Assembly (NCBI GenBank): GCA_030599585.1
Contig: JAUVNS010000002.1
Span: forward strand, 288,001 to 352,000
Direction of reading: 5' to 3'
Source of the DNA: Promethearchaeota archaeon
GTDB lineage: Archaea > Asgardarchaeota > Lokiarchaeia > Sigyniarchaeales > SOKP01
Length of the DNA: 64,000 bases
The notes below the pieces were generated by a model that saw only the letters and a program-made list of their open reading frames with translations, was not told the origin of the DNA and did no database searches. Numbering within the stretch: the first letter of the stretch is position 1; the number at the start of each line of letters is the position of its first letter. Shown piece by piece: positions 49,355 to 59,968 of the stretch. The position numbers were made by a program, and so were the translations under genes.

Positions 49355-50161
49355 ATGATAGATGATAGTATAATCTCTGTGAGAGATTTAAAAAAGTATT
49401 TTGGCGAAGTTAAAGCGGTTAACGGCGTTTCTTTTGATGTCCATAAAGGAGAGATTTTTGGACTTCTGGGACCAAACGGGGCTGGAAAAACAACTACGAT
49501 TAAACTTTTATTAGGATTGCTTGAACCTCTAGAAGGGGAAATCAGTATTTTCGGGTTAAATCCCGAACGTGAAGAGGTTCTAATGAAAAAGAAAGTAGGT
49601 TATGTTTCTGAAGAAGCGTTAATATTTAAATCACTTACGCCTAAGGACCTGTTTAACTTTATTGCTTCAATTCGTAGATTAGATTCAAAAGAAGCAACCA
49701 AGCGGGTATCTGAATACCTTGAAAGTTTAGGGGCGACGGAACATTACGAACAAATGATCGCAACTTTATCGCATGGGAACAAACAAAAAATGCAAATCAT
49801 TGCATCCTTACTACATGAACCAGAGCTCTTGATATTAGATGAACCATTAGCAGGGCTTGACGCAAAATCTGTAAGAGTAGTAAAAGAATTATTGGATATG
49901 CATGTTGAAAAAGGTGGAGCAGTGCTTTTCTCTACCCATATTATGGAAGTAGCAGAAGATCTATGTGATCGCATAGCGATAATAAATAAAGGTAAGTTAG
50001 TAGGTCTTGGAACGATTGAAGAGCTTAGGAGTCAAGCAGATAAAGTTGGTGCAAGCCTCGAAGAAGTTTTTCTTAGATTAACTGAGCAAGACTCTTCAGT
50101 AGAAGAGATTGTAAAAAAGTTAAGGAAATCTTATAAGAAAAGAATAGAGGAGTCTGCTTAA
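49355..50161 (+). CDS. ABC transporter ATP-binding protein
   Basis: GPNGAGKTT, LSHGNKQK, LILDEP, STH. Confidence 0.95.
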   Translation: MIDDSIISVRDLKKYFGEVKAVNGVSFDVHKGEIFGLLGPNGAGKTTTIKLLLGLLEPLEGEISIFGLNPEREEVLMKKKVGYVSEEALIFKSLTPKDLFNFIASIRRLDSKEATKRVSEYLESLGATEHYEQMIATLSHGNKQKMQIIASLLHEPELLILDEPLAGLDAKSVRVVKELLDMHVEKGGAVLFSTHIMEVAEDLCDRIAIINKGKLVGLGTIEELRSQADKVGASLEEVFLRLTEQDSSVEEIVKKLRKSYKKRIEESA

Positions 50162-50162
50162 A

Positions 50163-52805
50163 TTGGAAGAGAAAAAAGGACTAAAGCTTTTTTCTTTGTC
50201 AAAATTTACTAATTTTGAAATGATAATGGACTCTCAGCTTGCTTCTTCCGGAGCCCATCAAGCAAAAATACTTGAGAAGTACGCGAAAAATAACAAATAC
50301 ATAAGAAACCAAGCAATATCGTTAAAATTTATTTCAGCTCTATTGATGGTTCTTATGCCCTTCCTTTCGATTATAATGTATTTTGAAATTTTGGAAAATA
50401 TGCACCCGTTCTATCCTATACAGGGGAGGATATTTGTATTTAGTTTTTTTATCTTGATATCTTTGGTAATTTCGATATTATATTTATTCCTTTTTGGGTT
50501 GTTTACAACAAGTTCATTAATGTCTGGTTCTGCGTTTAAATGGTTGCACACGCTACCATTATCTCGAAAAGATTTAAAAAAGTTAGGATTTATGACTCTG
50601 TTCAGAAACCTAAATGTACAAATAATAGTCATGACACTTGCTTTTCCAATAATATTACTTATTTTAACACAAAATATTTTTGCATTTTTTATGTGTCTTA
50701 TTTCCTCATTTCTTATAACTATTATTGGAGTGAGTATTTTAATTATTGTTGCAGAAAAGTTCAGCCGTGTGTTCTCAGAATCGAATAGACAATCAAGTAA
50801 AGCTAATCTTTTAAGAATGGTCTCACTGATGGGTTTTTTCATCATAGCGTTTGGTTCGAGTTTTATTATGCAATTTGGTCTAAATGCTATATACGATCTT
50901 ATAGCTAATTTTAGTTTAAATCCTCCTACAATAGGTTTAAACATGATGCTAAGTATGATCCCATTACCATTTGCACCGGGATATTTAGTGAGCTTAAGTT
51001 TGGCCCCTGACCAAATTCCGTTAAGCCTATGGGGTTCAACTTTAGTGGGGATGGGGCTTTTAGCGGGACTAACTTTTCTCACTTATAAAATAGCAATCAA
51101 ATCTTTATCGAGCGTTGCTACTTTTGAAGTGGATTACTCAAAAACTAAAAAAGATGCAAAAAAAAAGATTAAACCAATCTTAATAGAAGTAAAATCAACA
51201 TCCCCTCTTAAATCATATATTCGTAAGGATTTAATCTCTTCGACGCGAGATTATCAATCATTAATCTTTGTTCTCATGCCTCTTGTTTACCCTATAATCT
51301 TGATTTTCTCGATGCAAGGTGTTATAACTGGAGAAGTATCTTCTACTTTTGGCAATATGATTTTATGGGCAATTATTATAATAGTAAGCCAATTTATACC
51401 CCTGATGTTAGTAGGAGGTTTACTGAATATGGAAGAATCTGGTTCCTCCACGCTTGCATCGCTGCCTCTTTTACCCCGGGATCAAGCGAAAGCAAAATTA
51501 GTACTTATGTTAATCATCCATGGAATTTCTATGAGTCTCATGGCCATTGTTTTAACATTGATAACCCAATCTGTAAATATGTTGATTTTGATACTAGGTA
51601 GTTTACCGATTACATGGGCTTTACTTTTATTTGTATTTCAAATGAAGGTGCGATTATTTGGGACAATGAAATACAAATATGTTCTTGAAGAAGTTAATGT
51701 TAATAATAAATTATTGAAATGGGTATCTATAGTTGCTGCTGACGTAGGTGTCTGTATTTTTGTTCTAATCCTTGGATTTACATTCTTCATTACTCTAGGA
51801 TTTATACCTACCACAATCATATTGTTTTTCTTAGGATTAGTTGGAACATCTGTGCTTATTTACACTTTCATAAAAATGTTCCCTAAACTTGGTAGGACGC
51901 CACAATTTGAAACAAGAGGATTACTCAGAAACAATCCAATTCTTGGTGGAATAGTAATAATGCTTTTATTCGCATTTTTTCCATGGATTGCAACTTTTAT
52001 TGAGGTTATTTTTCTTCCTCTCATATTGAATTTAGAATTTATAGGAATCTTATTCTTCGAATTTTTTTATACAGAAGGTTTTTTTATACTATTATTACTC
52101 CTTATCGTTCCAAAAGGGATGAAATTACCTCGTAAAGATGAAACCATTTTAGGTTATACTAAAACAATCGGATTGACAAGGATCAAACCTTTAGGTCGAA
52201 ACCTTATTGTTGGATTTGGCTCTGCTTTTATTCTTTGTTGTTCCTTGATTATTGGTGCTAACCTTTTAGGAGTATTTATTTTTGCTCCTGATTTTTTGTT
52301 TTGGGATCCAAATCCTATTTATGGGGGAATTGCCAGTTTTGGCTGGTTTATTTGGATTTTTATGATTAGACCGGGATTATGGGAGGAAGTTGCATTTCGA
52401 GGCATTGTTATACCTTTACTTTCAAGAAAGTATAAAAAATTATGCACGATTCTAATAAGCGGAGTCATATTTGGATTAGCACACGCATTTAATATCATAG
52501 GGGTTTTATTATCGGGTGGAAATCATCTTTTTACGCTATTTCAGGTGATATACGCGACACTTATCGGTTTCTCAATGGGATATATGTATCTAAAAACTAA
52601 AAGTTTACTTCCAAGCATAATATATCATTATTTAATTGATACAGTGGGACTGATATTTCTAAATGTTTATATCGAAAATATATTTCTCGTGGGAGTATTT
52701 TTGATTGTATTTCTAGGCGTTATTCCTGCAATTCTGAATATAGGTTTAACAAAATTGATTTTTTGGAAGGATCAAAATGAAGATTTTATAATTAATAAAC
52801 GATAA
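50163..52805 (+). CDS. ABC exporter permease fused to a C-terminal CPBP (Abi/CAAX type II) intramembrane metalloprotease
   Basis: About 20 TM helices; WEEVAFRG, FGLAH and YHYLID motifs. TTG start 1 nt after the ATPase stop. Confidence 0.8.
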   Translation: MEEKKGLKLFSLSKFTNFEMIMDSQLASSGAHQAKILEKYAKNNKYIRNQAISLKFISALLMVLMPFLSIIMYFEILENMHPFYPIQGRIFVFSFFILISLVISILYLFLFGLFTTSSLMSGSAFKWLHTLPLSRKDLKKLGFMTLFRNLNVQIIVMTLAFPIILLILTQNIFAFFMCLISSFLITIIGVSILIIVAEKFSRVFSESNRQSSKANLLRMVSLMGFFIIAFGSSFIMQFGLNAIYDLIANFSLNPPTIGLNMMLSMIPLPFAPGYLVSLSLAPDQIPLSLWGSTLVGMGLLAGLTFLTYKIAIKSLSSVATFEVDYSKTKKDAKKKIKPILIEVKSTSPLKSYIRKDLISSTRDYQSLIFVLMPLVYPIILIFSMQGVITGEVSSTFGNMILWAIIIIVSQFIPLMLVGGLLNMEESGSSTLASLPLLPRDQAKAKLVLMLIIHGISMSLMAIVLTLITQSVNMLILILGSLPITWALLLFVFQMKVRLFGTMKYKYVLEEVNVNNKLLKWVSIVAADVGVCIFVLILGFTFFITLGFIPTTIILFFLGLVGTSVLIYTFIKMFPKLGRTPQFETRGLLRNNPILGGIVIMLLFAFFPWIATFIEVIFLPLILNLEFIGILFFEFFYTEGFFILLLLLIVPKGMKLPRKDETILGYTKTIGLTRIKPLGRNLIVGFGSAFILCCSLIIGANLLGVFIFAPDFLFWDPNPIYGGIASFGWFIWIFMIRPGLWEEVAFRGIVIPLLSRKYKKLCTILISGVIFGLAHAFNIIGVLLSGGNHLFTLFQVIYATLIGFSMGYMYLKTKSLLPSIIYHYLIDTVGLIFLNVYIENIFLVGVFLIVFLGVIPAILNIGLTKLIFWKDQNEDFIINKR

Positions 52806-52838
52806 AACTTTTAAAAAATAATAATAAGATGATGTAGA

Positions 52839-53633
52839 ATGAACGATAGTATCATGATATCCGTAAGTAGGTTAAAGAAATTTTTTGGGGATGTAAAGGC
52901 AGTCAATGGGATTTCGTTTGATGTAAAAAAGGGAGAAGTTTTTGGTCTTTTAGGACCAAATGGAGCCGGAAAAACAACCACTATTAAATTATTATTAGGG
53001 TTACTCGAGCCAAACGAAGGCACCATTGAAATTATGGGTTTAAATCCCGAAATAGATGAAGTTCAAATAAAAAGTCGTGTGGGTTATGTATCTGAAGAAC
53101 CTCTGATTTTCAAATCTTTGACACCTAAGGACTTATTTAACTTTATTGCGTCAATACGCAAATTAAACGCTGAAGAAACTTCAGTAAGAGCCCAAGAATA
53201 TATGGAGAGTTTAGGTGCTTTAGAATACTACGATCAGTTAGTTGCTACTCTTTCCCATGGCAATAAACAAAAAATTCAATTAATATCTTCTATCCTCCAC
53301 GACCCTGATTTACTCATTTTGGACGAACCACTTTCGGGGCTTGACGCAAAATCTGTAAAAGTTGTTAAAGAAATTATAGATATCCATATCGAAAATGGTG
53401 GTGCTGTATTATTTTCAACACATATTATGGAAATTGCAGAGGATTTGTGTGATCGCATTGCGATATTAAATCGAGGAAAAATTGTTGGTATTGGATCGAT
53501 GGATGAATTAAGACAGCAAGCAGATCATTTAGGAGCTAATTTAGAAGATGTATTCTTAAGATTAACAGAACAAGATGTAAGTGTAAACGAGATAGTAAAG
53601 AAGTTGAGAAAATCTTTTAGCGACAGAAGTTAA
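52839..53633 (+). CDS. ABC transporter ATP-binding protein (close paralog of 49355-50161)
   Basis: Same Walker and signature motifs, with long identical stretches. Confidence 0.95.
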   Translation: MNDSIMISVSRLKKFFGDVKAVNGISFDVKKGEVFGLLGPNGAGKTTTIKLLLGLLEPNEGTIEIMGLNPEIDEVQIKSRVGYVSEEPLIFKSLTPKDLFNFIASIRKLNAEETSVRAQEYMESLGALEYYDQLVATLSHGNKQKIQLISSILHDPDLLILDEPLSGLDAKSVKVVKEIIDIHIENGGAVLFSTHIMEIAEDLCDRIAILNRGKIVGIGSMDELRQQADHLGANLEDVFLRLTEQDVSVNEIVKKLRKSFSDRS

Positions 53634-53646
53634 GGGTAGTTCAATC

Positions 53647-56262
53647 ATGACAGAAAAGGAAATGGGACTTTATAAGCTTGCCAAGTTTACGAATTTAGAG
53701 ATTGTAATGGAGGCGCAAGTTCAATCTAGTGGTGCAAACCAAGCTCGTCTTATGGAGAAATACAAGAAAAATAAGGGCTCAATTAAACAGCAAGCGTTTG
53801 CAATGAAAGTAGTATTTGCAGTGATGCTTTTATTCGTGGCTATGTTACCAATTAGTACCTACTTTCAAGTAAGAGATATGCTTAGCAATCCACTGGTAAT
53901 TCCAGATTCTGTATTGCTTCCCGGAAGCATTCTATTTGGAACTTTTAATTTAATGCAAATGCTTTACCTTATCATGCTCGGTATGTTCGCTATCGGTGCC
54001 ATGATGTCTGGAGATGCATTTAGGTGGTATGAGACCCTTCCGTTATCCAAAAAAAGGTTACGAAAGTTAGGTTTTATGACCGTTTTCCGAAATTTAGATG
54101 TAGGACTAATTACGATGATGCTTGCTTTTCCGATAATAATATTCGCATTCTCTCTTAACATTCTGTTAGCATTAGTCGCTCTAATGATTTCTGTTATTAA
54201 CGTTATGTTTTCTTTTAGCGTACTTGTATTAATAGCAGGAAAGATTAGTAAGGTACTGAAAATTAGCGAAGCAGGTTCTAGGAAAGCCACGCTCATTCGA
54301 ATTTTCACAATGTTAAGTTATATGGTAGTCATTTTTTCTGCTTCAATTTTCGTGCAATGGATAGCCACTTCAGCAGGAGATTTTTTTGATTTGATGGTAT
54401 CTTCAAATATTCCACTGATAGTCAACATAATCATGAGTTTGATTCCGTTTCCGTTTTCTTCTGGATATTTAATGACTATGTCCATGGAGCCTTCAAGTTT
54501 TACTCCAATTTTGTGGGTTTCAGCTTTATTTGGAGTTGGTATTTCTATATTGTTAACATTTTTTACTTATAAGAAAGCTTTGAAAGCTATGAGATCGGTA
54601 ACTTCATCAGCGTCTCTTGAAGCTAAACAATCATCTTCTTCAAAAATTATCTCTGAAAAACCTATTATTGTTCTTATCGAGCCCCGAACGCCAGTTAAAG
54701 CCTTTATCCGTAAGGATTTATCTACTGCTACAAGAGATATTCAAACTTTTATGTTCATTATAATGCCCTTTGTTCTTCCATTTATGGTGTTAATTCCACT
54801 ACTAATGACTCCAACAGGGCTTATGGATTCATTTAATGAAGGTTATGTTACGGTTTGGGCCTTGGCAACTATGTATCAACCTATGATTTCAATGATGCTT
54901 ACTTCGGGATTTTTAAATATGGAGGATACTGGCGCATCAATTCTCTCGTCCTTACCAATCCGTATTCGCGACCAAGCGAAAGGGAAATTATTATTAATGG
55001 GTTCAATCCAGACAATTTCTTTTTTCTTGCCTATTATTTTGTTCATTGGAAATCCAGATTTCCTTAGTTATTTGTTTTCATTTATTTCTTTTTTTCCCGT
55101 TGTACTAATCCTACTACTTTCAATGTTTCAGATGAAGATAAGATTTTTTGGCAGAATGAGATATAAATTTGTTGTAGAAGAATTTAATCCAGAGAAAAAG
55201 GTAACAAAATGGTTAATAATGGGAGTAAGCCAATATCTAATTTATTTTGCTTTCAACTTCATGGGTAGTATTTTGTTATTATTTTTTGGTCCGATTATGA
55301 TGTTTTTAGCAACTTTTATTGGTGGAATCATCGCTTTAGGTGTTTTATTACTTTCTTTCAATAATATGTTTCCAAAAGGTTTGGAAAAAAAAGAAACAAT
55401 AAGCATAAGAGAAATTTTTAGAAAACACACCTTTTTTGGAACATTTAATCTCTTGGTTTTATATGCAGGGTTCTTATTACTACCAGGGCTTATTCAATTA
55501 CCCTTACTATTCTTTGTTGATTTACTCCCTGTAATAGTTATATTGTTTATCGATTTCTTTGTTAATTTTGGATTAATGATATTGCTATGGCTGTTCATAG
55601 TTCCAAGATCCTTAGGTCTCCCAAACGGAAAGATGCATCTAAAAGAATATATAAAGACAATTGGGATAAAAAATGATGGTAAGCTTGTTCGTAACATATT
55701 ACTCGGAATAAGTTGCTCTGCAATAGCTTTCTTATGCAGATTTATTACTGCAAATATATTTGGAAACTATGTTTTCGATCCAGATGTAATTTTTGGGACT
55801 CCGGGTTCGAGCATTTCGTTTTATGGATGGTTTTTGTTTATATTTATGTTAATACCGGGTATATGGGAGGAAGTCTCTTTCAGAGGTGTAATGATAACAC
55901 TGAATATGAGAAAGTACTCTCGTACAACTGCGTTTATAGTCGTGTCACTTCTATTCGGATTGTTCCACTATTTTAATTTACTATCAGGCGCTAGTTTATT
56001 TGCTACTAATTTACAGGTGATACACGCAGCACTGTTAGGTTTTCTATCTGGATATATGTTTATAAAAACAAGGAGTCTGATACCATCAATTATATTACAT
56101 TATTTCGTAAATACTCTCGGACAATTATTTATACCCGCTTCATTTGATAACGCGATTCAATTAAGTTTATTTGCAATATTTGGTCTTGGGTTACTTCCAA
56201 CAGTTTTCGGGATGATATTAGTTAAATTAGTAGTTAAAAAAGAACCAAGGGAGATAATGTAA
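53647..56262 (+). CDS. ABC exporter permease-CPBP protease fusion (paralog of 50163-52805)
   Basis: WEEVSFRG, FGLFH, LHYFVN; same architecture as the first copy. Confidence 0.8.
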   Translation: MTEKEMGLYKLAKFTNLEIVMEAQVQSSGANQARLMEKYKKNKGSIKQQAFAMKVVFAVMLLFVAMLPISTYFQVRDMLSNPLVIPDSVLLPGSILFGTFNLMQMLYLIMLGMFAIGAMMSGDAFRWYETLPLSKKRLRKLGFMTVFRNLDVGLITMMLAFPIIIFAFSLNILLALVALMISVINVMFSFSVLVLIAGKISKVLKISEAGSRKATLIRIFTMLSYMVVIFSASIFVQWIATSAGDFFDLMVSSNIPLIVNIIMSLIPFPFSSGYLMTMSMEPSSFTPILWVSALFGVGISILLTFFTYKKALKAMRSVTSSASLEAKQSSSSKIISEKPIIVLIEPRTPVKAFIRKDLSTATRDIQTFMFIIMPFVLPFMVLIPLLMTPTGLMDSFNEGYVTVWALATMYQPMISMMLTSGFLNMEDTGASILSSLPIRIRDQAKGKLLLMGSIQTISFFLPIILFIGNPDFLSYLFSFISFFPVVLILLLSMFQMKIRFFGRMRYKFVVEEFNPEKKVTKWLIMGVSQYLIYFAFNFMGSILLLFFGPIMMFLATFIGGIIALGVLLLSFNNMFPKGLEKKETISIREIFRKHTFFGTFNLLVLYAGFLLLPGLIQLPLLFFVDLLPVIVILFIDFFVNFGLMILLWLFIVPRSLGLPNGKMHLKEYIKTIGIKNDGKLVRNILLGISCSAIAFLCRFITANIFGNYVFDPDVIFGTPGSSISFYGWFLFIFMLIPGIWEEVSFRGVMITLNMRKYSRTTAFIVVSLLFGLFHYFNLLSGASLFATNLQVIHAALLGFLSGYMFIKTRSLIPSIILHYFVNTLGQLFIPASFDNAIQLSLFAIFGLGLLPTVFGMILVKLVVKKEPREIM

Positions 56263-56270
56263 AATTAGAT

Positions 56271-57575
56271 TTACTTTTGTTTGTTATCTATTAAAGTGAT
56301 GTAAGCAATACATAGTTTTAAGACTTCTTCAAGACTCCCGTGTTCAATTTTATCTATTGTATCAGTAGGTTGGTGATAAAACTGGAGCATTTCTTTTAGA
56401 TTCATTGCTGAAATATTAAGTGCTTTTATTCCTGCCTTTGAAAAGGCTGTAGCGTCAGTACCTCCAGTAATTTGACCAATAATCTTCTCAATTTTCCCCG
56501 ATCCTCCGAGCGCAGACTCATTCACTTTGATTTTCACACTTTTTGCAGCTTTTGTTAATTTTCTAACCATAACATCGGAATGCTTAGTTCTCGTTGAAGG
56601 CTCAAAATCGATGATAGAAACTTTCTCTTTGCTCTGGATAGCGTCCATATTTACACACTCCGCGTCGTACTTTATTAATTCGTCAAAATGAGCGGAAACA
56701 TATCTAAAAGCTCCTCTTAGACCAGCTTCTTCACATCCGAAAGAAATTAATCTGATTTCAGTGTTTTTAGGAACAATATCTTTATGCGAACTCAAATATT
56801 TTCCTATTGCTAATACGATTGCCACAGCACTTAAATTGTCAACAGCGCCCGGTACTGTGTTTGCTTTATCTCCGAAGGATACGAAGTAAAACAAGCCTAA
56901 AAACGCAGGGATACCGATAATGAAAAGAATGAGGATAAATACGATAAATAATTCGTAAAAAAATAAGTTAATTAGTATTAACAGAACTATTATTAGTGAC
57001 GTAGCAAGCCATATAAGCATTATACCAATGCCAAGTAAAATCAGTATGGGATAACCTAACTTTAAACGGGTTAATAAATTAAATTCAAGTGCACTATCGT
57101 GGTGCCCTGAAAAAATTATTATCTTTTTAACCTCTTCTTTTGGATATATTCTTCCTACCACATTTTGAGAGCTTTTAGATTTAAATAAAGGATCAATAAA
57201 CTCACGATAATTGAAAAATTCGTTCCATAAAATTAAAAACGAAATTAGATTTAGAGAGAAGGAAATAAATGTCATTAGGTACCCCCAATAATTCGTTAGA
57301 TTAAGTGGTATTAGAAAAAACGCTAAAAAAGATGTAAGAACTAATATTATATCAATTTTTATATATCCTAAAAACGCTCGAGGGTTGCATGAGAAAGATT
57401 CTATTGTTGCAGCATCACAAGTTTTTTCTAATTCCATTTTGATGATTTCCGCACTTTGAGCTTCTTGCGAACTACATGGCATTCTAGGTCCACATTCATC
57501 AATTATTCTTTTAATGATTTCGTACATATACTCTGAATCTTCTTTACTGATATTGAGTTCCAAGTTAATTATCAT
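56271..57575 (-). CDS. Membrane-embedded M28 family peptidase
   Basis: SGHHDS, GAVDNLSAV, GCEEAGLRG, NMD, GGTDA, YHQPTD, plus inserted TM helices. Confidence 0.85.
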   Translation of the reverse strand: MIINLELNISKEDSEYMYEIIKRIIDECGPRMPCSSQEAQSAEIIKMELEKTCDAATIESFSCNPRAFLGYIKIDIILVLTSFLAFFLIPLNLTNYWGYLMTFISFSLNLISFLILWNEFFNYREFIDPLFKSKSSQNVVGRIYPKEEVKKIIIFSGHHDSALEFNLLTRLKLGYPILILLGIGIMLIWLATSLIIVLLILINLFFYELFIVFILILFIIGIPAFLGLFYFVSFGDKANTVPGAVDNLSAVAIVLAIGKYLSSHKDIVPKNTEIRLISFGCEEAGLRGAFRYVSAHFDELIKYDAECVNMDAIQSKEKVSIIDFEPSTRTKHSDVMVRKLTKAAKSVKIKVNESALGGSGKIEKIIGQITGGTDATAFSKAGIKALNISAMNLKEMLQFYHQPTDTIDKIEHGSLEEVLKLCIAYITLIDNKQK

Positions 57576-57627
57576 CTCGCGTTCTGAATTGTGAATTTAG
57601 ATATATATGAGTATTAAGTTATAAATT

Positions 57628-57651
57628 ATATATCAATATTGATTGATATAT
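57628..57651. promoter_or_regulatory. Inverted repeat ATATATCAAT-N4-ATTGATATAT in a divergent promoter region
   Basis: Perfect 10-bp arms, but in an AT-rich context. Confidence 0.35.
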
Positions 57652-57741
57652 CTTATAAAATAATTGATTTAGTGAGTGAAAAATCATAATTTTTTTTATT
57701 TTTTGAACTATTCGTCTTTTTATGTTTTAGAGGTGTAGTTA

Positions 57742-58467
57742 ATGAATTTATTTGAAAAAGAACAATACGTATGCAAAGTTTGTGGTTTTAATATTATAGG
57801 ATATTTTCCTGAACGGTGTCCTTTCTGCGGTGCTTTAAACGTAAATTTCATAACAGCCGAGAATTGTTCCGAAAATTATAAGGTTTTAGAAACGAAAATA
57901 ACGGATAAAGTTATACGGCTGAATACTACACCCCCGTTAGGCTTAGAACACGCAGCCTATGGTATAAAAACAGAAAATCAAACCATCTGGATAGATTGTC
58001 CTTCTACTTTTGATAGTTCGTTAGAAAAAATGGACAAAATCATATTCACGCATCACCACTTTCTTGGAGCATCAAATCTATATCGAAGTTACAACACCGC
58101 ATTTGTTTGGATTCACATTGAGGATTCAAAGCACGATATGTCTCAAAAACACACATTTGATAAGAGGTTTGATACTGATTTTCAGTTATCGGGAATTAAG
58201 GCTTTTCATATCAACGGCCATACGCCTGGATTTACATTTTATACTTACGAGAACATAGTTTTTATATGCGATTATGTTTCTCTATCGGAAGGGAGAATGA
58301 AATTTAATCCCTATGGTCCTCTCAGAAAAACGATTGAAGGAGGAAAATTAATTAAAAAATTACTTGAAAATGGAAATTACCAGAAAGTTTGTGGTTTCGA
58401 TTATGATGTAGCTTTTTCAGAATGGAGTAGCCTGCTTAACGATCTTCTGAACTCTTCAACTAACTAA
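57742..58467 (+). CDS. Rubredoxin-like domain plus metallo-beta-lactamase-fold protein
   Basis: CKVCG...CPFCG; THHHFLG (atypical HxHxDH), GHTPG. Confidence 0.75.
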   Translation: MNLFEKEQYVCKVCGFNIIGYFPERCPFCGALNVNFITAENCSENYKVLETKITDKVIRLNTTPPLGLEHAAYGIKTENQTIWIDCPSTFDSSLEKMDKIIFTHHHFLGASNLYRSYNTAFVWIHIEDSKHDMSQKHTFDKRFDTDFQLSGIKAFHINGHTPGFTFYTYENIVFICDYVSLSEGRMKFNPYGPLRKTIEGGKLIKKLLENGNYQKVCGFDYDVAFSEWSSLLNDLLNSSTN

Positions 58468-58489
58468 GTATAATAACATTTAAGACCGT

Positions 58490-58714
58490 TTATTCAAGAT
58501 TTACATGGTGCTTGGGTTTGAACTCAAGTGCATTGGTAGGACAAACATCGATGCATATTCCACAACGCGTACATTTATCTTCTGGATCAATGAAATCCAA
58601 TTTGCGCTTTTCGCCTATAGGAGTAGGAGGAGAAAAAAATAGGTTTTCAGGACATTCTTCTACACAATCTCTACATTTAATACATAAAATATTATCTACG
58701 ATAATTACCTTCAA
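58490..58714 (-). CDS. 2x[4Fe-4S] ferredoxin
   Basis: CIKCRDCVEECP and CTRCGICIDVCP. Confidence 0.9.
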   Translation of the reverse strand: MKVIIVDNILCIKCRDCVEECPENLFFSPPTPIGEKRKLDFIDPEDKCTRCGICIDVCPTNALEFKPKHHVNLE

Positions 58715-58955
58715 AGAAATTCACTATAATTCGTTTATTGCCTATTTATTCACTACTTTACACTTAAAATTAAGTAAAACTAAGTTCAATTTTATTCCTA
58801 CTACATGTAAATTTTTTCTAAATGTTTAAGTTTTTTAATAAGAATTTTTTTACTATTTTTAACAAAAAAAAATATGAATATATCACATGTAATTAAATTA
58901 GAATTTAGGCTAATAAGTAATCAATATAATATTACAAAATGGTTTTATAGAGATA

Positions 58956-59807
58956 ATGGAAAGCGCTAGACTGAAACAATTTGATGTTACTTGCCCGAAA
59001 TGTGGAAGCGGGAAAATCATATCTGTTCCGGATTCACTGTTTGTCCAAAAAAAGTTTGGAACGGTCAAGATTAAAGTCCCTCAAGGAGCAGTATGTAAAG
59101 ATCACAATTTTATAGTTTTTATCTCCACTAAAGGTCAAATAATTGGATATGATATAATAGACGCTTCTGTGTCACTAGACCATAAAGAAAAGCTTCCTGA
59201 GAATTTATCTGATCTAACTTTGGACGAAGTTATTGATGCATTCGGATTTAATTGTGTCGCTGGTTTTTTACATGCTAAATTATTCGATTACCCTTCTTTT
59301 GTTGTTAGAAACGAAGAATTTGCCCTTGATATTAAACAATTAAATGAATTGTTTGATAAGTTAATGCCTCCGAATTATCGAAATTCAAATGCCATAATGG
59401 ACGAGGAATTTGATTCTTATGTGTTTCCTAATCCTAATTATTATTACACATCTATTAAAAGAGAACATGCAGACGCTTTTTTAATCAATAATCGAAAATT
59501 AGTTATTCAAGTACCATGGCGGACACATAGTGATTTTGAGAAGTCAATTTTAACCAATGCCATAGGTAAAAAAGATAAAAGTGAGCAGTTACAATATTTA
59601 GCTCAATATATCTACCAATTTATTAGTGATGTAGAATTTACACAAACCCTTCTAGAAAATGTTAAGTCCATTAGTGAAAAGGAATTAATTAAGAAGCTCA
59701 AAGAGAATTTGATTGTATCTACGATTAATAAAAATCGAATCCTATCAATAAAAGAATTCATAACCAGAAGGATCTCAAAGGAATTAGGTAGTAAGATTAA
59801 AAAGTAA
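58956..59807 (+). CDS. Hypothetical protein with N-terminal zinc ribbon
   Basis: CPKCG...CKDH motif, then a helical C-terminal domain. Confidence 0.7.
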   Translation: MESARLKQFDVTCPKCGSGKIISVPDSLFVQKKFGTVKIKVPQGAVCKDHNFIVFISTKGQIIGYDIIDASVSLDHKEKLPENLSDLTLDEVIDAFGFNCVAGFLHAKLFDYPSFVVRNEEFALDIKQLNELFDKLMPPNYRNSNAIMDEEFDSYVFPNPNYYYTSIKREHADAFLINNRKLVIQVPWRTHSDFEKSILTNAIGKKDKSEQLQYLAQYIYQFISDVEFTQTLLENVKSISEKELIKKLKENLIVSTINKNRILSIKEFITRRISKELGSKIKK

Positions 59808-59968
59808 TAAAATTCATCGCTAATAGGAAATTTAGCATCAAAAGCCCTCAAAACCTATTTTTAAGATTTTATCCTAATTAGGTAAAATACAAAAAAGATA
59901 ATGAATTAATTATTTCAATAATTTAACTTTACTACATAATTAGAAGAAGAAGAAGAAGTGATGAACAT

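Noticed and set aside
49210-58895. ACATGT-centred mini-palindromes upstream of 49355 and 58956 as a shared regulator site
   Set aside because: Only 6-8 bp of symmetry with inconsistent flanks; compatible with chance.
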